A stretch of DNA of 64,000 nt from Holophagales bacterium UBA2201 (GTDB lineage Bacteria > Acidobacteriota > Thermoanaerobaculia > UBA2201): positions 7,873 through 71,872 of the forward strand of contig DCUZ01000016.1 of assembly GCA_002327305.1 (NCBI GenBank). Reading direction: 5' to 3'. The notes beneath the pieces were generated by a model. It searched no databases. It was given only the letters and a program-made list of their open reading frames with translations, and was not told the origin of the DNA. Made by a program: the position numbers and the translations under genes. Shown piece by piece: positions 27,580 through 37,811 of this stretch (the stretch's first letter is position 1; each line of letters opens with the position of its first letter).

Positions 27580-28080
27580 TTATTTTGCCTGATTCAATGC
27601 CGGAAATGAAGAAAGCGGCGGCGTGCCCCATACCCGGATTGAGCTATGCCTGCCATCAACGGTGCAAGCCCATGTATAATCCGTGCCCAGCCCCGACATC
27701 TCCGCCATCCACACCGCCCCCCAGCCGTCCCGCGACGGGGCCTCGATGCGGAACTCCAGGGGGTCCTTCAACGCGTGGCCGGGGACGCGGAGGAACCGGA
27801 CCTCGTCGGCCGGCAGGTCGCCGAGCTTCCCGCCGTTCAGGATGATCGCGCCGCCGGTCAGGGACCACGCCCGCAGGCGCATCTCCTGCCGCCCGGCACG
27901 GGCGAAGGCACGCACGAAAACGACGGTTTCCGGCTCCGCCGCCGGCAATTTCCCGTCCCGCCAGATCACTTGGCCTCCCGGTTCCGCGGCGCGGAGCTTC
28001 TCCGAGTGGAAGCGGTGGACGGATTGCCACAAAATACAAATGGCGAAAAGGGACAGGCCGGCAATCAATATCCGTTTCAT
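27580..28080 (-). CDS. secreted hypothetical protein (host gene carrying island-supplied 3' end)
   Basis: 166 aa with signal/TM MKRILIAGLSLFAICILW. Its last ~60 codons include repeat copy B and a lower-GC tail. Confidence 0.5.
   Translation of the reverse strand: MKRILIAGLSLFAICILWQSVHRFHSEKLRAAEPGGQVIWRDGKLPAAEPETVVFVRAFARAGRQEMRLRAWSLTGGAIILNGGKLGDLPADEVRFLRVPGHALKDPLEFRIEAPSRDGWGAVWMAEMSGLGTDYTWACTVDGRHSSIRVWGTPPLSSFPALNQAK
27680..27752. repeat. 73-bp direct repeat, copy B (att-like boundary, within coding sequence)
   Basis: See copy A. Here it encodes LEFRIEAPSRDGWGAVWMAEMSGLGT of the 27580-28080 product. Confidence 0.85.
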
Positions 28081-28085
28081 GGATA

Positions 28086-28470
28086 GTTTCGAGTTTCGAG
28101 TTTCGAGTTTCGAGTTGAGAAGCGGGAAACGCGGTTTCGAGTCTCGAGTTTAGAGTTTCGAGTTGTCAAACGGGAAACGCAGTTTCGAGTTTCGAGTTTC
28201 GAGTTTCGAGTTGAGAAGCGGGAAACGCGGTTTCGAAGTTCGAGTTCATAGTTTCGTGTTGAGAAGCAGGATGTAGAGAGAGTTGTGCTTTTAACTTTCA
28301 ACTCGCAACTCGCAACTTTGCTCTGGTTTTGTCTTTAATTCGGAACTCGAAACTCGAAACTCGCAACTTTGCTCTGGTTTTGTCTTTAATTCGAAACTCG
28401 CAACTCGCAACTCGCAACTTTGCTCTGGTTTTGTCTTTAATTCGAAACTCGCAACTCGCAACTCGCAACT
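28086..28470. repeat. composite tandem-repeat array: 4 units of ~48 bp built from (TTTCGAG)n + TTGAGAAGCGGGAAACGCGG, then 3-4 units of ~51 bp built from (AACTCGC/AACTCGA)n + AACTTTGCTCTGGTTTTGTCTTTAATTCG
   Basis: Read directly. It occupies the whole intergenic/promoter region between the ABC-2 permease stop and the start of the 27580-28080 gene. Confidence 0.85.
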
Positions 28471-28475
28471 GCATT

Positions 28476-29294
28476 TTAATACTGCCCCAACGACCCGTCC
28501 CGCTTGGCATTCCGGACGGCGGCGTTGAAGAGCCACAGGCTGAGGGGGACGAGGACGGCGGAGAAGGCGAGGAGGTAGAGATAGCTGCCGCCGAGGTCGG
28601 CCACCCCCTTCCCTTCGAGGATGGAACCCCGCAGGACGGCCAGGGCATGGGTGGTGGGGATGAGGTCGGAGAGGGTCTGCAGGGCCGGCGGCAGGATCTC
28701 CTTGGGGAAGAAGACGGTGCCGAAGAGGGCCGAGGCGGTGCCGAAGAAATAGGAGACCGGCTCGCCCCGCTTGAACAATAAAACCGAGGCGGCGGCAAGG
28801 TTGCCGATGGCACCGAAGGTGATCGAGCAAAGGAATAGCGGCAGAACGAAATTCATAACCTCGAGATCGGGCAGGGGGACGTCGAAAAGCAGGCGGGCCG
28901 CCAAGAGAAGAAGATAAAGACGCAGGATACCGGCGATAAAATCAGACACCATGCTCAGCGCCGGCATCTCGCAGGGCCATCGCAGCAAGTTCAGGGTGTA
29001 CTCCAGCGTGCCGTTCATCTGCTGTTCGCGGATACGGCTGGAGGAGCTGTACATGATGGTGGTGAGCATCCCCTGGAGGGCCAGCCCCAGGATGACATAA
29101 GGGAAGTAGCCTCCGGGCGAGGCGAAACCGCCCATTCCCTTGTCCATGAGGGTGGCGATGAAATACCAAAGAAACAGGGTGAAAAGCCAGGCTCCGGCCT
29201 GCAGAATGACATTCAACCGGTAGGAGAGGGCAAGGCGGATGTCCCGCTCAAGGAACAGGCCCATGCGACGGACGGTGTCCAGATGATTACTCAT
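28476..29294 (-). CDS. ABC-2 family transporter permease
   Basis: 6-TM permease pattern with a start ATG overlapping the ATPase stop (ATGA). The track ORF is trimmed to MSNHLDTV. Confidence 0.7.
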   Translation of the reverse strand: MSNHLDTVRRMGLFLERDIRLALSYRLNVILQAGAWLFTLFLWYFIATLMDKGMGGFASPGGYFPYVILGLALQGMLTTIMYSSSSRIREQQMNGTLEYTLNLLRWPCEMPALSMVSDFIAGILRLYLLLLAARLLFDVPLPDLEVMNFVLPLFLCSITFGAIGNLAAASVLLFKRGEPVSYFFGTASALFGTVFFPKEILPPALQTLSDLIPTTHALAVLRGSILEGKGVADLGGSYLYLLAFSAVLVPLSLWLFNAAVRNAKRDGSLGQY

Positions 29295-29946
29295 GCCAGC
29301 GTTTCCGTTCGCGTGCACGCCGACAGAAGGGCGTGCTCCTGCGGCGAGGCGATGATGACCGTCTTCTGCCCTTGAAATTTCTTAAGGATCTCTCTCAGGC
29401 AAGTGAGGCCGATGTCGTCGAGGGACCGGAACGGCTCGTCGAGGAGGTAGAGGGGAGCGTCCATGGCGAAGGCCCGAACAAGCGCCACCTTCTGCCGCTC
29501 GCCGGTGGAGAGAGAGTCGAACCGCCGGTGCAAGAACGGCCCGATTCCGAACATCTCCTCCCATTGCTTAGCGCTGTCCTCCTTCACAGGGTTGGGAAGG
29601 ATGGAAAGGAAGAATTTCAGGTTCTGGCGCACCGTGAGCCGGAAGTAGAACGAGCGTTCCTCCGGCCCGACATAGACGACGCGGCCCTTGATCTTCTCCT
29701 CGCCCCTCGGCAGGGGGTGGCCCAGCACCTCCACCGTCCCGCCGTCGGCGTAGAGGGCCCCGGCGACGATCTTGAGCAAAGTGGTCTTCCCGGCGCCGTT
29801 GCGCCCCTTCAATCCCACGATCTCTCCCGCCTCCACGCGCAGGGAGACGCCCTTGAGGGCATCCACTTGTGGCGAGGGGGGATTGAGGAGATTCCAGGCC
29901 CCGCGACGGGGGAAGATCTTGGTAACGGAGTCCAGCAGGACGGCCG

Positions 29947-29950
<4 letters not shown>
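29291..29950 (-). CDS. ABC transporter ATP-binding protein
   Basis: Walker A GRNGAGKTTLLK, signature LSTGERQKV and Walker B LYLLDEPF. The start ATG is preceded by a GGAG-like site. Confidence 0.85.
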
Positions 29951-30806
<856 letters not shown>

Positions 30807-30810
<4 letters not shown>

Positions 30811-31724
30811 TTCAGGGCGTCCTGGATGCGGCAGGCCACCTCGAGGGCGCGGCCGCCCTTGTCGCCGTCCACCCGCGGGGCCCGCCCCCCCTCGATGGCC
30901 CCGACGAAGTCGGCCAGCTCGGCCCTCAGCGGCTCCTGCTGGCGCACCTCCACCTTCCGCTCCTCGACGCGGGGCGCTCCGCCGCCGGTCTCCAACGCGA
31001 AGGCCTTGATGGACTTGTCGGCGTAGTCCACGGAGAAGTAGGCGCGCGGCTCGAAGATGCGCAGTTTGCGGACCCGCTCCAGACTGATGCGCGAGGCGGT
31101 GAGGTTGGCCACCACCCCGTTGTCGAACTCGAGGCGGGCGTTGGCGATGTCCACCTTGGGGGAGAGGACCGGGACGCCGGAGGCGCGCACCTCGCGCACC
31201 TCGGAGCGGGCCAGGTCCTGGACGATCTGGATGTCGTGGATCATGAGGTCGAGGATGACGTCCACGTCGAGGGAGCGGGGGGTGAAGACGGCGAGGCGCT
31301 CGACGGTGATGTAGCGGGGGTTCTGGACCATGGGGAGGACCGCCTCCACGGCGGGGTTGTGCCGCTCGATGTGCCCCACCGCCAGGACCAGCCCCTTCGA
31401 TCGGAAGGCCTCCGCCATCCGGCGCGCCTCGTCGAGGGAGAAGGCGATGGGCTTCTCCACCAGGACGTGCTTCCCGGCGTCGGCCGCCTCGAGGACGACC
31501 GCCTGGTGGTGGACGGTGGGGACCGCCACCACGACCGCGTCGCAGGCGGCGAGGAGGGCTTCGAGGGTGGGGTGGGCCGGAATGCCGAACTGGGCGGCCA
31601 CTTCCTTCGCCCGCTCGGCGTTCTGGTCATGGATGCCGATGAATTGCGCGCCGTCGAACCCGGCGAGGACGCGGGTGTGGTGATAGCCGAAGACCCCGGT
31701 CCCCACCACCCCGACGCGGATCAT
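30807..31724 (-). CDS. Gfo/Idh/MocA family oxidoreductase
   Basis: MIRVGVVGTGVFG Rossmann start and EKP motif (HVLVEKPIA). The start is trimmed from the longer track ORF. Confidence 0.7.
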
Positions 31725-32506
31725 CGCGCCACCACCCCGCGTTTGGCGGCCTTGACGAAGTCGAGGAAGTAGCGGGTGTGCTCGTCCATCGCCACCTCGG
31801 CCTCGGCCTGCCTGAGGGCATCCTCGCGGAGGGTGTTGGTCTGGAAGAGGATCCTGAAGAGCTTGCGGAGGTTCTCGATGGTCTCCTCGGGGAAGTTCTT
31901 CCGCTTGAGGCCGAGGGTGTTGATGCCGTAGGCCCTTGCGGGCCGGCCGCCCGCCGTCTTGACATAGGGGAGGACATCCTGCGTGGCCACGGTGAACCCG
32001 CCCATGAAGGCGTGGCGGCCGACGCGGCAGAACTGATGGACGGCGGAGAAGGCCCCGATCGCGGCCCAGTCGTCCACCTCGACATGGCCCGCCAGGGTGC
32101 CGGCGTTGGCGAAGATGCAATGGTCGCCGACGTGGCAGTCGTGGGCGACGTGGGCGTAGGCCATGAAGAGGTTGTCGCTTCCGACGGTGGTGTGGCCGCC
32201 CCCCCCGGGGGTGCCCCGGTGGAAGGTGGTGTACTCACGGATGAGGTTGCGGTCCCCGATGGTCAGGCGGGTGGGCTCGCCCGCGTACTTGAGGTCCTGC
32301 GGCGGGAACCCGATGTGGCAGGGCCCCTGGATGGTGTTGTCCCCGCCGATGGCGGTGAGCCGCTCCACCTGGACGAAGGCGACCAGTTTCGTTCCGCGCT
32401 TGATGGTGACATCGGGGCCGATGATGCAGTAGGGACCCACCGTGACGCCGTCTTCGAGGACGGCCCCGGGGTCCACGATGGCGGTGGGGTGGATCCAAGC
32501 GCTCAT
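31721..32506 (-). CDS. lpxA: acyl-ACP--UDP-N-acetylglucosamine O-acyltransferase
   Basis: Left-handed beta-helix hexapeptide repeats with a C-terminal helical domain, placed after fabZ. Confidence 0.9.
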   Translation of the reverse strand: MSAWIHPTAIVDPGAVLEDGVTVGPYCIIGPDVTIKRGTKLVAFVQVERLTAIGGDNTIQGPCHIGFPPQDLKYAGEPTRLTIGDRNLIREYTTFHRGTPGGGGHTTVGSDNLFMAYAHVAHDCHVGDHCIFANAGTLAGHVEVDDWAAIGAFSAVHQFCRVGRHAFMGGFTVATQDVLPYVKTAGGRPARAYGINTLGLKRKNFPEETIENLRKLFRILFQTNTLREDALRQAEAEVAMDEHTRYFLDFVKAAKRGVVAR

Positions 32507-32931
32507 TTATCCACCATCACGGAGGTGAGTTCGGCCTCGGCGCAGACCACCCCGTCCACCTTGGCCTCGCCCCAAAGTTTGCAGGTGGTGGCCCGCTTGT
32601 GGAGGACCTTGATCTCAAACCGGATCTGGTCCCCCGGAACGATGGGCTTGCGGAACCGGGCCCGGTCGATCCCCATGAAATAGACGAGTTTGGCGTCCTT
32701 GTCCTCCACCTCGCCCAGGAGCATGCAACCGCCCGTCTGCGCCATGGCCTCGATGATCAGGACCCCCGGCATGATGGGCTTGCCGGGGAAGTGCCCCTGG
32801 AAGAAGGGCTCGTTGATGGTGACGTTTTTGAGCCCCACCACGTGCTCCGGCCCCGATTCCAGGATGCGGTCCACCAGGAGAAAGGGGTAGCGGTGGGGGA
32901 GGTTCTGCAGGATTGCCTGGATGTCCATCAT
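32503..32931 (-). CDS. fabZ: 3-hydroxyacyl-ACP dehydratase FabZ
   Basis: LPHRYPFLLVDRI...HFPGKPIMPGVL hot-dog fold motifs (142 aa). Confidence 0.9.
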   Translation of the reverse strand: MMDIQAILQNLPHRYPFLLVDRILESGPEHVVGLKNVTINEPFFQGHFPGKPIMPGVLIIEAMAQTGGCMLLGEVEDKDAKLVYFMGIDRARFRKPIVPGDQIRFEIKVLHKRATTCKLWGEAKVDGVVCAEAELTSVMVDK

Positions 32932-33920
32932 GGATTCTCTCCTCCTTTGCGAAGCTTGTTCATGAGTTCCGGAAGGCGGGCCAGGGCGGCCTGCTCCTTG
33001 AGCCAGACCTTGTGGTTTCGGGATGGGAATCCCGATACCATCGTTCCGTCGGGGGTGTCCTTGGCCACGCCGGTCTTGGCGGTGACCGTGACCCCACGGC
33101 CGATGGTGATGTGCCCCACGGCGCCCGACTGGCCGGCGAAGACGCAGTGGTCGCCGATCGTGGTGGATCCGGCGATCCCCACCTGCCCCACGAGCACCGC
33201 GTGGCGGCCGATTTGGACATTGTGGGCGACCATCACCAGGTCGTCCAGTTTGGTGCCGTCGCCCACGACGGTGGGAGAGAGGGTGCCCGCGTCCACGCAG
33301 GCATTGGCGCCGATCTCGACGTCGTCGCCCAGCCGCACGCCGCCCACCTGCGGGATCTTGCAATACCGCCCTTCATGGAACGCGAACCCGAACCCGTCGG
33401 CCCCCAGCACCGCGCCGCCGTGGATGACGCACCGTTTTCCCACGGCCACGCGGGGGTAGAGGACGGCGTTGGGAAAGATGACCGTGTCGTCGCCCACCGT
33501 CACGTCGCGCATGAGGACGGCCCCCGAATGGACCGTGACCCGTTCCCCCAGGACGGTCCGGGGACCGACGACGGCGCCGGGATGGATCCGGGCGGAGGGG
33601 GGGACGACGGCCGAAGCGGCGATGGGGCCCGGCTCAGGGGGGTCCTGCGGCTCGGGATGGAAGCGGCCGACCAGGAGGGAGAGGGCATAGTAGGGGTCGG
33701 CGTGCCGCAGGAGGTGCCGGCCCGGCAGGAGGGTCTTTTCGTCGGCGAGGAAGGCCCGGGCGGGGCAGGCCGCGGCCCGGGCGGCGTACTTGGCCGAGGT
33801 GAGGAAGGCGAGGTCCCCCTCCTCCGCCTCGTCCACGGGCTTCAACCGCTCCACTTTCCATTCCCCGTCCCCTTCAACCCGGCCGCCGATCAACCGGGCC
33901 AGCTCCTCCAGGGTCGGCAT
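32928..33920 (-). CDS. lpxD: UDP-3-O-acylglucosamine N-acyltransferase
   Basis: LpxD N-terminal domain followed by hexapeptide repeats, in lpxD-fabZ-lpxA order. Confidence 0.85.
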   Translation of the reverse strand: MPTLEELARLIGGRVEGDGEWKVERLKPVDEAEEGDLAFLTSAKYAARAAACPARAFLADEKTLLPGRHLLRHADPYYALSLLVGRFHPEPQDPPEPGPIAASAVVPPSARIHPGAVVGPRTVLGERVTVHSGAVLMRDVTVGDDTVIFPNAVLYPRVAVGKRCVIHGGAVLGADGFGFAFHEGRYCKIPQVGGVRLGDDVEIGANACVDAGTLSPTVVGDGTKLDDLVMVAHNVQIGRHAVLVGQVGIAGSTTIGDHCVFAGQSGAVGHITIGRGVTVTAKTGVAKDTPDGTMVSGFPSRNHKVWLKEQAALARLPELMNKLRKGGENP

Positions 33921-33926
33921 GGAGGC

Positions 33927-34460
33927 CTATTTGCTGGTCTTGGGGGCCGGGAGGTTGACCTGGGAATTGAACCGCTTCAGGATCTCGTCGGTGATGTCCG
34001 AGGCATCGTCGGCGTACACCAGGCCGCTGTTGAATTTGTTGAACAGGAGGGCGAACCCCATCTCCTTCCCCGTCTGGTTGATGATGGGGAAGATCTTGTC
34101 CTCCAGTTTCTTCAGTTCCTCGTCCCGGACCTCCTTCAGTTCCCGTTCGGTGTCGTCCTTGAACCGCTTGTAGGTGATCTGGCTGTCCTCGAACTTCTTC
34201 TGGAGCTCCTTCATTTTCTGCTCGGAAAGGATGAACTTCTGCTCCTCGAGCTGTTTTTGGATGTCGAGGATGTTCTTCTCGTACGCCTTGGCCTCCTCCA
34301 CCTTCTTCTCCTGGATCCTCTTCAGTTTCAGGAAGGACTCCTTGCCGGCGGACGACTCGGAGACCACCCGCTCCACGTCGATGACGCCGATCTTGGGGCT
34401 TTGGGCCGCCGCGAGGGCGGGAAGGATCAGGGCCAGGACCAGGACCGTAATACGTTTCAT
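33927..34460 (-). CDS. skp: OmpH/Skp periplasmic chaperone
   Basis: Signal peptide then a Lys/Glu-rich coiled-coil of ~170 aa, immediately upstream of lpxD. Confidence 0.75.
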   Translation of the reverse strand: MKRITVLVLALILPALAAAQSPKIGVIDVERVVSESSAGKESFLKLKRIQEKKVEEAKAYEKNILDIQKQLEEQKFILSEQKMKELQKKFEDSQITYKRFKDDTERELKEVRDEELKKLEDKIFPIINQTGKEMGFALLFNKFNSGLVYADDASDITDEILKRFNSQVNLPAPKTSK

Positions 34461-34710
34461 AACATGCCTCCTCTGGGATTGGTGGGACGCGTTGAAGGAT
34501 TTATCATACCATAATCTTAAGCCGGTCGAACCCTCCGCGAGGGCGGTTCGGGACGGCCCATCCGCCCCCCGACGGCCGCGACGGGCGCCGGTCCGACCCC
34601 GCCGCCGCCGGGGTCGTCGGGTGCGTTGACTTCAGGGAGGGCTTGCTCTACCATTTCAGAGTGAACGACGCGCGGGAAGGGCCCATCCGGCCCCTTCCGG
34701 AAAGGCGACC

Positions 34711-35019
34711 ATGCATTATCTGTTGATCTACGATCTGGCGCCCGATTATCTGGGTCGGCGCGGCGAGTTCCGCGGGGAGCACCTTCGGCTGGCCTGGGAG
34801 GCCGCGGAAAGGGGTGAACTGGTCCTGGGGGGGGCCGTGGGCGATCCTCCCGACGCCGCCATCCTATTCTTTCAGGGAGATTCGCCGGACGGCGCCGAGC
34901 GGTTCGCGAAGGCCGACCCCTATGTGGCGAACGGCCTCATCAAGGCCTGGCGGGTTCGCCCCTGGACAACGGTGGTGGGCGCGGGGGCCGCGACGCCGGT
35001 GAAGCCGGAAGGTCGGTGA
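34711..35019 (+). CDS. YciI-like protein
   Basis: ~100 aa starting MHYLLIYDL, with an ...FQGDS...FAKADPYV... pattern. Confidence 0.5.
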   Translation: MHYLLIYDLAPDYLGRRGEFRGEHLRLAWEAAERGELVLGGAVGDPPDAAILFFQGDSPDGAERFAKADPYVANGLIKAWRVRPWTTVVGAGAATPVKPEGR

Positions 35020-35053
35020 ACGGGGGACCTGCGGCCCGCGGCGCCGAAACGAT

Positions 35054-35374
35054 TCAGGCGTCCTCGAGCTTGACGGCGGTGCCGTAGGCCAGCAGTTCGG
35101 CCGCCCCCTGCGTGATCATGGAGGTGACGAACCGCGTGTTGACGATGGCGTCGGCCCCGAGACCGCGCGCCTCCTCCACCATGCGGTCGAGGGCCTGCTC
35201 GCGCGATTCGGCCATCAGTTTGGTGTACTCGTGGATCTCCCCTCCCACGAGGTTGCGGAAAGCGGCCAGGATGTCCTTCCCCACGTGCCGGGCGCGGACG
35301 GCGTTGCCCCGGACGATGCCGAGGGTCCGGACCACCCGCTTGCCGGCGATCGAATCGGTCGAGACGACGATCAT
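35054..35374 (-). CDS. YbjQ/UPF0145 family protein
   Basis: MIVVSTDSIAGKRVVRTLGIVRGNAVRARHVGKDILAAFRNLVGGE... The start is trimmed to the family-typical Met. Confidence 0.7.
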   Translation of the reverse strand: MIVVSTDSIAGKRVVRTLGIVRGNAVRARHVGKDILAAFRNLVGGEIHEYTKLMAESREQALDRMVEEARGLGADAIVNTRFVTSMITQGAAELLAYGTAVKLEDA

Positions 35375-35814
35375 TTCTTCACCTCCCGGTAGCGGTCGGA
35401 CCGCGCCTCCCCGAGACGGTCCATCAGGATGGAGATCCCCAGCAGGACGACGCCCGTCAGGCCGCCGAAAACCAGCAGTTTGACGGCCAGCCCCTCGGGG
35501 CCCGTCGCCACCTGCCAGAGGGCGTAGCCCGACAGGGCCAGGGCCCAGACGATGGCCAGGAACCACCCGGTGAACCGCGTCGCGGCGCTGACGGGCCCGG
35601 CCGGCCGTTCGGTCCACTGCTCCTCCCTTGGTTCGTTGAATTGCGTGCTCATGGCGGTCTCCTTCACGGATCGGATTTGGTCGAACAGCGCGCGGCAGGC
35701 CGGGCACTCCTCCAGGTGGAGGCGCACCCGCTGGTCCGCCGCCTGGGTCAGTTCCCCGTCCAGGTGGCCGGAAAGCAGGGCCTGGTCGAAACCACGGGGG
35801 CAGGATTCATGCAT
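35371..35814 (-). CDS. anti-sigma factor (zf-HC2 type, membrane-anchored)
   Basis: HLEECPACRALFDQ zinc-finger motif plus a C-terminal TM helix, immediately downstream of the ECF sigma gene. Confidence 0.6.
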   Translation of the reverse strand: MHESCPRGFDQALLSGHLDGELTQAADQRVRLHLEECPACRALFDQIRSVKETAMSTQFNEPREEQWTERPAGPVSAATRFTGWFLAIVWALALSGYALWQVATGPEGLAVKLLVFGGLTGVVLLGISILMDRLGEARSDRYREVKK

Positions 35815-36418
35815 GGCCGACTCCCTTCATCCGCCGGCGGAGGTGCCGGGCCATCAATGCCCGGGCCGCGTGCAGGCGGGACATGACCGTCCCCACGGGG
35901 ATCCCCAGGACCTCGGCGATCTCGCGGTAGGGCAGGTCGTGGTACTCGCGCAGGATCAGGATCTCCCGCGCCGCGGCATCCAATTCCCCCAGGGCCTCCC
36001 AGACCATCCGGCGCGTCTCCTGGCGCTCCGCCTCCCCGTGCGGGTCCTCCGGGGAGCGCCCCCCTCCGGCGGCCAGGACGGTCTCCGCGGCCCGTCTCCG
36101 CACGGCGTCCCTCCGCCGGGAGTCGGCCACCGTGTTGCGGACGATCTTCAGGAGCCACGGCCGCAGGGGCCGGGCGGGATCGAACCGGCCGCGGTGCCGG
36201 AAGAGCCTGAGGAGCGATTCCTGGGCCGCGTCCAACGCCTCGTCGGGATCGCCCGTCAACTGCAGGGCGAAGAGGTAGGCCGTGCGCCGGCACCGCCGCA
36301 GGAGGGCCTCCCACGCGCCGGCATCCCCGGCGAAGGCGGCCCGGAGGAGGACGGCCTCCTCGGGTTCGGGAGGGGCGGGGGGGATGGGGGGCTCGATCAG
36401 GGCCATAGCGCTGTTCAC
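35807..36418 (-). CDS. RNA polymerase ECF-subfamily sigma-70 factor
   Basis: Region 2 (LRLFRHRGRFDPARPLRPWLLKIVRN) and region 4 (LPYREIAEVLGIPVGTVMSRL) signatures. Confidence 0.8.
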   Translation of the reverse strand: MNSAMALIEPPIPPAPPEPEEAVLLRAAFAGDAGAWEALLRRCRRTAYLFALQLTGDPDEALDAAQESLLRLFRHRGRFDPARPLRPWLLKIVRNTVADSRRRDAVRRRAAETVLAAGGGRSPEDPHGEAERQETRRMVWEALGELDAAAREILILREYHDLPYREIAEVLGIPVGTVMSRLHAARALMARHLRRRMKGVGHA

Positions 36419-36533
36419 ATGATACCCTACGCGCGTCCCCGCCGTTTATTCGACCTTTTCGCGGTCCCGTCCGGGCGGGCGGGGAGGAAAGAGGGTACAA
36501 TAGCCCGGATCGTTCATCGTTCGGAGTGTCCCC

Positions 36534-37796
36534 ATGCCCTCGCTCGGCCATCAACTGCCGCTCTGGTCCGTCGTCCCGTTCGCCTCCCTCCTGCTCTGCA
36601 TCGCCTTTTTCCCCCTGGCGTTCGGGCACTGGTGGGAGAAGAACCGCCACAAGGCCCTCGTGGCCGCCCTCCTCGCGCTCCCGGTGGTGGCCCTGTTCTG
36701 GCATTTCGGCGATTTCCGGCCCCTGCTCCACGAGGTGACGGAGTATTTCTCGTTCATCGTCCTCCTGGGCTCCCTCTTCGTCATCAGCGGCGGCATCTAC
36801 GTCCGCGGCGACATCCTGGCCACGCCGCGCAACAACACCCTCTTCCTGGCCCTGGGGGGCCTGATGGCCAATTTCTTCGGCACCACCGGAGCGGCCATGC
36901 TCCTCATCCGCCCCCTCCTGCGCACCAACGCGGAGCGCAAACACATCCGCCATATCCCCATTTTTTTCATCTTCGTCGTCGCCAACGTGGGAGGGTGCCT
37001 CCTTCCCGTCGGCGACCCGCCCCTCTTCATGGGCTATCTCCGCGGCGTCCCCTTTTTCTGGACCCTCCGGCTCCTTCCCCAATGGCTGTTCATGATGGCC
37101 CTTCTGCTGACCACCTTCTACCTGGTGGACCGCCATTTCTGGAACAAGGAGCCCCGGGAGGCCCTTCTCGCCGACCGCCTCCACTACCGCCCCGTGGGGA
37201 TCTTCGGCCGCATCAATCTGTTCCTCATCGCGGGAGTGCTCATGTGCGTGGTGTTCCTCGAGGCCCCCGTGCGCGAGATCGTCATGCTGGCCCTGGCCGG
37301 CCTCTCCCTGCGCTTCACCCACCGGCGGGTCCGGAAGAGGAACCAGTTCAATTTCGCCCCCATCGTGGAGGTGGCGGTCCTCTTCGCCGGCATCTTCGCC
37401 ACCATGGTCCCCGCCCTCCTCATCCTGGAGGCCCGGGGGTCGGCTTTGGGCGTGACGGAGCCGTGGCAGTTTTTCTGGGCCACCGGGCTCCTCTCCTCCT
37501 TCCTCGACAACGCCCCCACCTACCTGACCTTCCTGGCCCTCGCGCAGGGGCTCTCCGCCGCGGGCGGCCTGGCCCGTGAGGTGGTGGGGGTCCCCGCGGA
37601 ACTGCTCGCCGCCATCTCCCTGGGGGCGGTCTTCATGGGGGCCAACACCTACATCGGCAACGGCCCCAACTTCATGGTGAAGGTGATCTGCGAGCACCAG
37701 AGGGTGAAGATGCCCTCCTTCTTCGGCTACATGCTTTGGTCGGGGGCGGTGTTGCTCCCGCTCTTCCTGCTCGTGACCCTGGTTTTTTTTCGCTGA
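36534..37796 (+). CDS. polytopic permease, putative Na+/H+ antiporter (ArsB/NhaD-superfamily-like)
   Basis: 420 aa with ~11 TM helices. Family assignment is tentative. Confidence 0.45.
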   Translation: MPSLGHQLPLWSVVPFASLLLCIAFFPLAFGHWWEKNRHKALVAALLALPVVALFWHFGDFRPLLHEVTEYFSFIVLLGSLFVISGGIYVRGDILATPRNNTLFLALGGLMANFFGTTGAAMLLIRPLLRTNAERKHIRHIPIFFIFVVANVGGCLLPVGDPPLFMGYLRGVPFFWTLRLLPQWLFMMALLLTTFYLVDRHFWNKEPREALLADRLHYRPVGIFGRINLFLIAGVLMCVVFLEAPVREIVMLALAGLSLRFTHRRVRKRNQFNFAPIVEVAVLFAGIFATMVPALLILEARGSALGVTEPWQFFWATGLLSSFLDNAPTYLTFLALAQGLSAAGGLAREVVGVPAELLAAISLGAVFMGANTYIGNGPNFMVKVICEHQRVKMPSFFGYMLWSGAVLLPLFLLVTLVFFR

Positions 37797-37811
37797 CCGC
37801 GCCGGCTTGTT

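Larger units (their letters stand above)
21549..27752. mobile_element. putative integrated genomic island (~6.2 kb) bounded by 73-bp direct repeats; cargo Type IIG R-M + unknown 455-aa + 119-aa + SAM MTase; no integrase seen
   Basis: Direct repeats at both ends. Each repeat is followed (minus-strand sense) by a different homologous C-terminus of the same gene. The right ~3.6 kb is lower in GC than the backbone. Confidence 0.5.

Noticed and set aside
21549-27752. Integrase/recombinase or tRNA at the island boundary
   Set aside because: No ORF in or next to the segment shows tyrosine/serine recombinase motifs, and no tRNA-like sequence is present. The island call therefore rests on the repeats and alternative 3' ends only.
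28086-28470. Possible CRISPR array
   Set aside because: Units are directly adjacent tandem repeats with no unique spacers. Repeat lengths (7-nt cores within 48-51-nt units) and the absence of cas genes do not fit CRISPR.
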